Part shown: one piece after another, positions 1 through 7,176 of the stretch
Position numbering within the stretch: the stretch's first letter is position 1
How the letters are laid out: every line of letters starts with the position of its first letter
Source of the DNA: an uncultured Deinococcales bacterium
Lineage (GTDB): Bacteria; Deinococcota; Deinococci; Deinococcales; JAAFIG01
Length of the DNA stretch: 14,529 bases
Reading direction: 5' to 3'
NCBI GenBank assembly: GCA_964247135.1
Contig: CAXTTL010000122.1
Location: forward strand, 1-14,529
Position numbers and translations under genes: made by a program
The notes under the pieces: model-generated
The model's database searches: none
What the model was told of the DNA's origin: nothing
What the model saw: the letters and a program-made list of their open reading frames with translations, nothing else

Positions 1-1
1 A

Positions 2-412
2 AAAACCTTCCCGACGCCTGCGGTTTGGGAAGAGGGTTTTGTGCCGTTCTCGGCGGTGGCTGCGCCTGTTGCCCATGCGCCCAAACCTGCCGCGCCTGTG
101 GGAGATGCACCTGCTGCGACCTCGAGTGCTGCCCCTGATTCCAGCGCTGCCGCACCTGCCGGTGAAGCGCCCGCCAAAAAGCAACCCAAACGTTGGGTTC
201 CAAAAGACGGTTCTGCGCCTACCGCACCCGCTGCCGAAACATCCTCACCTGTTGCCGAAACCTCTGCACCCATCACACCCGAACCTACACCCGCGCCCGT
301 TGCTGCCGTTGAAACCTCGAGCGCTGCACCACTCGAGACACCCGCATCCGAAGAACCCAAAAACCCGAAAATCAAACGTTGGGTTCCCAAAGAAAAGAAG
401 GAGGGCGAATGA
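2..412 (+). CDS. nuoC: 3' end of a gene, probably NADH-quinone oxidoreductase subunit C, showing only a Pro/Ala-rich C-terminal extension (5'-truncated)
   Basis: Frame is open from base 2 (KTFPTPAVWEEGFVPF...) to TGA 410-412, which overlaps the nuoD ATG (ATGA). The nuoC identity rests only on its position directly upstream of nuoD; no NuoC core domain is in the window. Confidence 0.6.
   Translation, partial: KTFPTPAVWEEGFVPFSAVAAPVAHAPKPAAPVGDAPAATSSAAPDSSAAAPAGEAPAKKQPKRWVPKDGSAPTAPAAETSSPVAETSAPITPEPTPAPVAAVETSSAAPLETPASEEPKNPKIKRWVPKEKKEGE
347..393 (+). repeat. 47-nt segment shared with 3908-3954 (44/47 identical), encoding SEEPKNPKIKRW[V/I]PK at the C-termini of two different nuo genes
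   Basis: tccgaagaacccaaaaaCccgaaaatcaaacgttggGttccCaaaga versus tccgaagaacccaaaaaTccgaaaatcaaacgttggAttccGaaaga, compared by eye. Confidence 0.9.
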
Positions 413-1548
413 CCGCCGTTCTCAACCCCACCGCGCTCGAGACTGTTCAGGGGCGCACCGATGAAATGCTGATCAACCTCGGACCACAGCATCCCGCCAC
501 GCACGGCGTTTTGAAGGTCGTGCTCGGCGTGGACGGCGAGCGGGTCACCAGGGCGATTCCGCACATCGGTTTTTTGCACCGCAACCACGAGAAGCTCGAG
601 GAAGTCCGCACCTACAGCATGTGCATTCCGTACACGGATCGCATGGATTACGTTTCTGGAATGCAGAATGAGTTGCCGCTGTGCTTGGCGGTCGAGGACA
701 TGCTCGGCATCGAAGTCCCCGAGCGCAGCAAGTACATTCGCACCATTTTGTTTGAACTCTCGAGAATCGCGTCTCACTTGGTTTGGATTGGCACGTACAT
801 GCTCGACTTGGGCGCGATCACGCCGTTCTTGTATGCCTTCCGCGACCGCGAGATGATTTTGGACATTATTGAAAAGACGGCTGGGGCGCGTTTGCTGCCG
901 AATTATTTCACCTTCGGTGGCGTGCGCCGCGATCATCATCCCGCGATGCTCGAGGATATTCTCGAGTTTTTAAAATTCTTTGAAACCAAATTGCCAGAGT
1001 ACGAGGCGCTGACGATTGATGCGCCCGTGTTTCAGGCGCGTACCGTCGGTGTCGGTGTGCTCGACCCGCAGGTGGCGCTCAATCACGGTGTCACAGGTCC
1101 AAACTTGCGCGGTTCGGGAATTCCTTGGGATTTGCGCAAAGACGAACCTTATGATGCCTACCCGTTCATCGATTTCGAGGTTTGTGTCGAACTCGGTTGC
1201 GATGCCTACAGCCGCTCGAGGGCGCGTTTCCGCGAGTTTTACGAAAGTATCAAAATCATTCGTCAAGCGATTGCGCAATACCCCAAAGTTGGTCCAACGC
1301 TGCCCAAACTGCCGCGCCTCAAACCAGTCGCTGGCGTCGAACGTTACCGTGCCGCCGAGATTTCTCGAGGGCAATTGGGCGTGTACTTGATTTCGGACGG
1401 CACCGAAAAACCGTTCCGCTCCAAGCACCGCAGTCCGAGTTTCTGCACGCTTCAAGCGTTGCAGGACATGTTTGTCGGTTCCAAATTCTCCGATGCGATT
1501 GCCATTCTGGGCAGCATTGACATTGTGCTCGGGGAGGTAGACCGATGA
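409..1548 (+). CDS. nuoD: NADH-quinone oxidoreductase subunit D (49-kDa family, quinone-binding)
   Basis: Motifs NLGPQHPATHGVL, IGFLHRNHEK, YTDRMDY, ELSRIASHL, MLDLGA, C-terminal GSIDIVLGEVDR. Start placed at ATG 409 (AAGGAGG upstream, ATGA overlap) rather than 379. Confidence 0.97.
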   Translation: MTAVLNPTALETVQGRTDEMLINLGPQHPATHGVLKVVLGVDGERVTRAIPHIGFLHRNHEKLEEVRTYSMCIPYTDRMDYVSGMQNELPLCLAVEDMLGIEVPERSKYIRTILFELSRIASHLVWIGTYMLDLGAITPFLYAFRDREMILDIIEKTAGARLLPNYFTFGGVRRDHHPAMLEDILEFLKFFETKLPEYEALTIDAPVFQARTVGVGVLDPQVALNHGVTGPNLRGSGIPWDLRKDEPYDAYPFIDFEVCVELGCDAYSRSRARFREFYESIKIIRQAIAQYPKVGPTLPKLPRLKPVAGVERYRAAEISRGQLGVYLISDGTEKPFRSKHRSPSFCTLQALQDMFVGSKFSDAIAILGSIDIVLGEVDR

Positions 1549-2963
1549 GTTTGTATGAAAACAAAGACCCACGAATGCCGCTCGAGCGGGTTGCCATTCC
1601 TGAAAACAAGCATTTCAAGTTGCGCAATAAATATCACGCGCTTCTGAACAACCACAATCCAAAAGGCAATTTGTTGTCTGCCATTTTTGGTTATGTGTCC
1701 TTGTTCGGCACGACTTTGCTGGTCTTGGCACTCACCTATCAAGGTTTGCCTGCGTTGCTCGAGGCTCTGGGTGCGGCAAAAAACACTTTCTGGTACAACT
1801 TGGTTTACGGTTTGCTCGGACCTGTTTTGATGTTCTTGTTTGTGGCAGTTGTGGCATTGATTAACATTTTGATGTTGCGCAAATACCTGGCAAAAGTTCA
1901 AAACCGTTACGGACCACTGCATCACGGACCTGCGGGTGTGCTGCAAACCGTGTTTGACGCGCTCAAACTGGTGTCCAAAGAAGATTTCAGCCCTGGCATG
2001 GTTGAAGAAACGATTTTCACGCTCGCGCCGGTGATCGTGTTCGTTTCGGCGTTCATCATGATTGCTGTGATGCCGTTTGCGCCAGGTTGGGTCTTCTCGA
2101 ACGTGGATTCTGGAGCGCTGTTTATCATCGCCGCAGGGACGCTCGGTGGGTACGGCGTGCTGCTGGCGGGTTGGAGCATGAACAACAAGTACGGTTTGAT
2201 GGGTGGACTTCGTGCCGCCGCGCAACTCGTCAGTTACGAAGTGCCGCTTTCAATCGCGCTGCTTTCGGTGGTCGTTTATAACGGCTCGATGAACTTGACC
2301 GATATTGTCCAAGCACAATCGACCGTCTGGAACGTCTTCCCACTGTTTATTCCGTTTGTGATTTACCTGATTGCGGGTCTTGCCGAAATCAAGATGACCC
2401 CGTTTGACCTTCCAGAAGCCGAGTCCGAGCTTGTTGCCGGTTTCAACACCGAATACGGCGGAATGCGTTTCGGATTTTTCTTTGTCGCCGAATTTGCAGA
2501 GTTGTACCTGCTGCCCGCGATTCTCGCCATCTTCTTTTTGGGCGGCTGGCACGCGCCGAGCATTCCAATTCCCTACATTGGCGAGTTGGTCATTCACGCT
2601 GGCAGCGCTCCTGCGAATCCCTCGAGCTTCCAAGATTGGCTTCAAGTGGCATTCGGTCCAGGAGGTCTGTTACTGAACTTGCAATATGGGTTCTGGTCGC
2701 TTCTCAAGGGTGCGGCTGGCGTTTATTTTTACATGTGGATTCGTGCCACACTGCCGCGCTTTCGTGACGATCAACTGATGGAACTGTGCTGGAAGGGTTT
2801 GATTCCGCTGTCCCTGATCGGTTTGCTGCTGGCTGCCGTCTCGAGGCTCTACCCAGCAGTTGGGCAAATCCTTTCGTATGTCACGGCAATACCGTTGTTG
2901 TTGTTTGTTGTTTCTCGAGCGTTTGGTCTTAAACTTCCGAGTCCAAAAAAGGAGCTTGCATGA
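1545..2963 (+). CDS. nuoH: NADH-quinone oxidoreductase subunit H with N- and C-terminal extensions (472 aa)
   Basis: QNRYGP...GPAGVLQ..FDALKL..KE, NNKYGLMGGLRAAAQLVSYE, PFDLPEAESELVAGFNTEY, WIRATLPRFR. GGAGG upstream and ATGA overlap with nuoD. Confidence 0.96.
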   Translation: MSLYENKDPRMPLERVAIPENKHFKLRNKYHALLNNHNPKGNLLSAIFGYVSLFGTTLLVLALTYQGLPALLEALGAAKNTFWYNLVYGLLGPVLMFLFVAVVALINILMLRKYLAKVQNRYGPLHHGPAGVLQTVFDALKLVSKEDFSPGMVEETIFTLAPVIVFVSAFIMIAVMPFAPGWVFSNVDSGALFIIAAGTLGGYGVLLAGWSMNNKYGLMGGLRAAAQLVSYEVPLSIALLSVVVYNGSMNLTDIVQAQSTVWNVFPLFIPFVIYLIAGLAEIKMTPFDLPEAESELVAGFNTEYGGMRFGFFFVAEFAELYLLPAILAIFFLGGWHAPSIPIPYIGELVIHAGSAPANPSSFQDWLQVAFGPGGLLLNLQYGFWSLLKGAAGVYFYMWIRATLPRFRDDQLMELCWKGLIPLSLIGLLLAAVSRLYPAVGQILSYVTAIPLLLFVVSRAFGLKLPSPKKELA

Positions 2964-3967
2964 GTTTGCTCAAAGACATTTGGAGTGCGGTTTCTGGCGT
3001 GGGCAAGGGCATGGAAAAGACCTACGACGAGCAATTTCAACCCGTGTTCACCGATCTGTACCCGTTTGAACTGCCAAAACTTCCGCCCGTCAGCGTGCAA
3101 TCGCTGGCACTGATTCAAAACGAGGACGGCTCTGACCGTTGCGTGTCGTGCCTGGCGTGCGAGAAGGTCTGCCCGAGCCAGGTCATCACCATCGAACGCA
3201 AACGCAACCCTGCGGGCAAAGGTTTTGTGCTCGAGCGTTTTGACATTGATTTGGTCAACTGCATGTACTGTGCCGCCTGCGTCGAATCTTGCCCCGCACA
3301 GGCGATTGTCACGATTCAGGATTTTGAGATGAGCACCCCAAATTTGCAGAGTTTGAAAGCCGACAAGGAATTTTTGGATTTGCAAGGCTTGCGTGCCGCG
3401 CAGTGGTACAGCCCCAAAGTCGGCGTGGAATACCGCGTTGAAACTCCAGAGAACCCAACGCACGGCAAGATCGTCAAAGCGCCAGTCGAGGATCAACCTG
3501 GTGGAATGCAAGAGATGGAAAAAGCGCGTTTGGCTGCGCTCGAGCCTGCCAAACCTGTCGAGGCTAAAACTGCACCTGTCGAATCTGTAGGGGCGCCGCT
3601 TGCTGCGCCCGCCTCTGCACCCGCCAAGCCCGAACCTACATCTGCCGCTGTTGCTCCTGCCGTTGAAACCTCGAGCAACGCGAATCCGAAGATCAAACGG
3701 TTCGTTCCAAAAGATGCCGCCGTACCTGCGGTTGAAACACCTGCGACTGCTGTTGCCGAAACCGCAAAACTCGAGACTCCTACAACACCTGAATCCGTAG
3801 CGGCGCCGCTTGCTGCACCCACCACACCCGAAACGCCACCCGCGCCCGTTGCTGAGGCGGCAAAACCTGTCGAAACTGCGCCTGCCGAAACCTCGAGCGC
3901 ACCCGTTTCCGAAGAACCCAAAAATCCGAAAATCAAACGTTGGATTCCGAAAGACAAGGGGGAATAA
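2960..3967 (+). CDS. nuoI: NADH-quinone oxidoreductase subunit I (2x[4Fe-4S]) with a long low-complexity C-terminal tail
   Basis: CVSCLACEKVCP and CMYCAACVESCP motifs, FDID..C and DFEMS segments, position between nuoH and nuoJ, ATGA overlap. Confidence 0.93.
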   Translation: MSLLKDIWSAVSGVGKGMEKTYDEQFQPVFTDLYPFELPKLPPVSVQSLALIQNEDGSDRCVSCLACEKVCPSQVITIERKRNPAGKGFVLERFDIDLVNCMYCAACVESCPAQAIVTIQDFEMSTPNLQSLKADKEFLDLQGLRAAQWYSPKVGVEYRVETPENPTHGKIVKAPVEDQPGGMQEMEKARLAALEPAKPVEAKTAPVESVGAPLAAPASAPAKPEPTSAAVAPAVETSSNANPKIKRFVPKDAAVPAVETPATAVAETAKLETPTTPESVAAPLAAPTTPETPPAPVAEAAKPVETAPAETSSAPVSEEPKNPKIKRWIPKDKGE

Positions 3968-3970
3968 ATC

Positions 3971-4606
3971 ATGGTTAATCCTGTTTTCTTCTACCTGATC
4001 TCGCTGGCGATTATTTCGACCGCGATTTACGCGGTCAGCTCGAGCAAGCTTCTCAATGCCGCGCTCGCGTTGGCGTTGTCGTTCTTTTCGATTGGCATGT
4101 TGTATTTCATGCTCGGCGCACCGTTTTTGGGCATGTTGCAATTTTTGATCAACGCGGGCGCAATTCCGATTGTGACCGTGTTTATTATTTTCATGACGCA
4201 ATCTCGAGTTTTAAAACTGAAATCTCCCGCCACGGCGGTCACGGCAATTGGCGCGATGGTGATGCTGGCGATTGGTTTTGTCTTGTACATTTCTCGTTCA
4301 GGCTCGAGCCTCAACGGTCAGAACGTCACACCCGTCAGTGCGGCGATGCTGGGCGAGAAATTGCTGGGTTCGAGTGAAACCACGGGCAGGGTTGGCACCT
4401 TGTTTGCCTTCGAGATTGCCAGCGTCTTGTTGCTGGTGGCGATGGTCGGCGCAATTATTTTAACCAAACGCGAGGGTGAAACCATCAAAGGCAACGTCGG
4501 CGTACTTTCTGAAGTCGAAAAAAGCGTCACCCAAGGCGAACTCGAGACTCCTGCCCGAGCAGCCGATGCTGTCATTCCCGAAACTCGAGAGAAGGTGGTT
4601 GCCTGA
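3971..4606 (+). CDS. nuoJ: NADH-quinone oxidoreductase subunit J
   Basis: Hydrophobic protein with LGAPFLGMLQFLINAGAI and FEIASVLLLVAMVGAI motifs; operon position. Confidence 0.92.
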   Translation: MVNPVFFYLISLAIISTAIYAVSSSKLLNAALALALSFFSIGMLYFMLGAPFLGMLQFLINAGAIPIVTVFIIFMTQSRVLKLKSPATAVTAIGAMVMLAIGFVLYISRSGSSLNGQNVTPVSAAMLGEKLLGSSETTGRVGTLFAFEIASVLLLVAMVGAIILTKREGETIKGNVGVLSEVEKSVTQGELETPARAADAVIPETREKVVA

Positions 4607-4956
4607 TGGACGGTATTCTTTCAACCATCCGCTCGTTTGCCAACAACGGCATCAGCTTGCAACAGTTTTTGATTCTGGGCAGTTTGTTGTTTCTGGTTGG
4701 CATTTACGGTGTTTTGACGCGCCGTAATTTGATCGCCATCCTGATGAGCGTGGAAATCATGCTCAATGCTGCGATGCTCAATTTTGTGGCGGTCAGCGCC
4801 TACACCGACACGGTGAACATCAACGGGCATTTGTTCGCGCTGTTTATCGTGGCGATTGCCGCCGCCGAAGTTGCGGTGGGTTTGGCGATTTTCATTAACG
4901 TTTTCCGTTCTAAGGGTGGCGTGCTCACCGATGACCTGATGGAGATGAAACAATGA
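4606..4956 (+). CDS. nuoK: NADH-quinone oxidoreductase subunit K
   Basis: GIYGVLTRRNLIAILMSVEIMLNA and AAAEVAVGLAI, with both conserved Glu present. TGATG overlap with nuoJ. Confidence 0.96.
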   Translation: MDGILSTIRSFANNGISLQQFLILGSLLFLVGIYGVLTRRNLIAILMSVEIMLNAAMLNFVAVSAYTDTVNINGHLFALFIVAIAAAEVAVGLAIFINVFRSKGGVLTDDLMEMKQ

Positions 4957-4995
4957 TCTCGAGCCATAGTAAATTCATCACCAGGAGGGCAAAAA

Positions 4996-7176
4996 ATGGT
5001 TGATCTTGCCATTTTGATTCCCGTGCTGCCAGCGTTGGGCTGGTTGATCATTTCGATTTTCTCCAAGTCGCTTGGCAGCAAAGGCAGTGCTTGGCTTGCC
5101 ACGACTTTAATGGCGCTTAGTGCGGCAATTGCGATTGGTTTGTTCGTCGAAATCAGTAGCGCTGCGCCAAACTGGAAAGCCGAACCACTCGAGCAGTTGT
5201 ACAACCTCGAGCACAAAGCCAAAACGACACAAGCCGCAAAACCAGCCGAAACGCCAGCCGTCGAAGGGGTCGAACCAATCTCGGCATTGACCCAAGAGGC
5301 ACAAGAAAAAGCGAATTTGCTCCGTGATGCCTTGCCCTCGAGCAACCGTGCGCTCAGCGGTTTTCCTTTCGTGCGCGAATGGTCTTGGCTCTCGATCAAG
5401 GGCGAGGCTGGCTTGCCGTTCGGATTTTACTTTGACCAAACCGCCGGCATTGTGGTCTTGATGGTTTCGGTCGTCGCATTTTTGATTCACCTGTTCAGTG
5501 TGGGGTACATGGCTGGCGAGGAACGTTACCCAACTTTCTTTGCGTATATCAACCTGTTTGCCGCCGCGATGCTGGCGATGGTCATGGCAAAAAATTTATT
5601 CCATGTGCTCTTGTTCTGGGAAATCATGGGCGTCATGAGTTACCTCTTGATCGGTTTTTTCTACAAAAAGAAAACCGCCCAGCAAGCCATGAAAAAAGCT
5701 TTCATGACCGTGCGGGTTGGCGATCTGGCGTTCATGGCGGGTTTGTTCTGGCTGTACTCGAGCTTCAAAACCCTGGACATTCCCACGATTCTCGAGGCTG
5801 GCGCGAGCGGTGAACTCTTGAAGGTCTTGGGCGTGACGGCGGCTGGCGGCATCGGTTTGCTGCTGTTTATCGCCGCGATGGGCAAGAGCGCCCAATTCCC
5901 GCTGCACGTCTGGCTTGCCGACGCGATGGAAGGTCCAACACCAGTCAGCGCCATGATTCACGCCGCCACGATGGTCGCGGCTGGTGTGTACTTGGTGGCT
6001 CGAGCCTACCCGATTCTCGAGGTGGGGCATGTGCTGCCGTTTGTGGCGCTTATTGGTGGGTTTACCGCAATTTTCGCTGCAAGCATGGCTCCCGCCCAAG
6101 CGGATGCGAAGAAGATTATGGCGTTCAGTACGCTCTCGCAATTGGGTTACATGTTCCTGTCGCTCGGGGCGTTTGGTTACACGGCGGCGCTGTTTCACCT
6201 GCTGACCCACGCTTTTTTCAAGGCGTTGTTGTTCCTTGGCTCGGGCAGCATGATTCACGGTTCGGGAACGCAAGATATTTTTGAGATGGACGAACTGGGC
6301 AAATACCAGAAATGGACGCTCGGCACGGTCTGGGTCGGTGCCCTTTCACTGATGGGCGCACCGCTGTTTGCGGGTTTCTGGTCCAAAGATGAAATTCTTC
6401 ACGCCGTGCAAAGCGCCGGCGGACTGTACTGGATTTTGTGGCTGATGGGCGTCATCACCGCCGTTCTGACCGCGTTTTACTCCACCCGCATGATGATTAT
6501 TGCGTTTTACAAACCCAAGACCGCCAGTCCCTGGGCTGCCGCACCTTGGAACAACGAGGGCGAACCAACCCTGAACATGACCAAAGCCGAACTCGAGGAT
6601 CAAAAAGCGCACGAGCACGGACATCACGTCAGCGATCATCCACACGAGAGCGGTCCTGAAATGATTATTCCGTTGGTGCTGCTGGCGACGATGGCAATGG
6701 TGATGGGTTTTGTCGGGTCCCCGTTTGCCAACGGTTGGTTCCAGCGCTTTGTCTACTTCGGCGAAGCTCCAGAACTCGTGCCACTCGGCGCGGCTGTTCC
6801 AGGGTTCATTCTCTCGGTCTTGCTGGTCGCGGCTGGCGCGGGAGCGTCGTACATGCTCTACGGCGGCGCTCGAGATCATACCAAACAGATCGCGCCAATC
6901 TGGTTAACCCGTTTGTTGCAGCGTCGGTACTTCATCGACGACTTTTACTATCACGGTTTTGTCCGCCTTGCCGAGGACATTCAATATCCGCTCGCCTGGT
7001 TTGACAAAAACGTTGTTGACCGCATCGTGGACGGCTTTGGCATTGTCACGGGCGCAGTCGGCGACACGTTGCGCCGTGCGCAATCGGGCGCGGTCGGCTT
7101 GTACGCTTGGTTGATGGTCGTGGGCGGCGCGGTTATCGCGCTGGCGTTTGCCTTCGCGCAAGGGGGCAACAAATGA
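4996..7176 (+). CDS. nuoL: NADH-quinone oxidoreductase subunit L (antiporter-like)
   Basis: FWEIMGVMSYLLIGF, RVGD, GKSAQFPLHVWLADAMEGPTPVSAMIHAATMVAAG, HLLTHAFFKALLFL, GFWSKDEI, HPHES. RBS AGGAGG upstream. Confidence 0.97.
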   Translation: MVDLAILIPVLPALGWLIISIFSKSLGSKGSAWLATTLMALSAAIAIGLFVEISSAAPNWKAEPLEQLYNLEHKAKTTQAAKPAETPAVEGVEPISALTQEAQEKANLLRDALPSSNRALSGFPFVREWSWLSIKGEAGLPFGFYFDQTAGIVVLMVSVVAFLIHLFSVGYMAGEERYPTFFAYINLFAAAMLAMVMAKNLFHVLLFWEIMGVMSYLLIGFFYKKKTAQQAMKKAFMTVRVGDLAFMAGLFWLYSSFKTLDIPTILEAGASGELLKVLGVTAAGGIGLLLFIAAMGKSAQFPLHVWLADAMEGPTPVSAMIHAATMVAAGVYLVARAYPILEVGHVLPFVALIGGFTAIFAASMAPAQADAKKIMAFSTLSQLGYMFLSLGAFGYTAALFHLLTHAFFKALLFLGSGSMIHGSGTQDIFEMDELGKYQKWTLGTVWVGALSLMGAPLFAGFWSKDEILHAVQSAGGLYWILWLMGVITAVLTAFYSTRMMIIAFYKPKTASPWAAAPWNNEGEPTLNMTKAELEDQKAHEHGHHVSDHPHESGPEMIIPLVLLATMAMVMGFVGSPFANGWFQRFVYFGEAPELVPLGAAVPGFILSVLLVAAGAGASYMLYGGARDHTKQIAPIWLTRLLQRRYFIDDFYYHGFVRLAEDIQYPLAWFDKNVVDRIVDGFGIVTGAVGDTLRRAQSGAVGLYAWLMVVGGAVIALAFAFAQGGNK

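Noticed and set aside
409-1548. Group 4 [NiFe]-hydrogenase large subunit as an explanation for the missing nuoEFG
   Set aside because: No N- or C-terminal CxxC nickel-binding motifs; the NuoD quinone-site signatures and GEVDR terminus are present.
2849-4201. 450-aa minus-strand ORF, and the other short overlapping ORFs in the track
   Set aside because: Antisense or out-of-frame shadows of well-supported nuo, ilvE and GGDEF-EAL genes, with Arg/Gly/Phe-rich nonsense composition.
7107-7172. Longer upstream starts from the ORF track for nuoM (7107), nuoD (379) and ilvE (13294)
   Set aside because: Downstream ATGs have ATGA coupling or a clear RBS, and the nuoM and nuoD extensions overlap the preceding gene.
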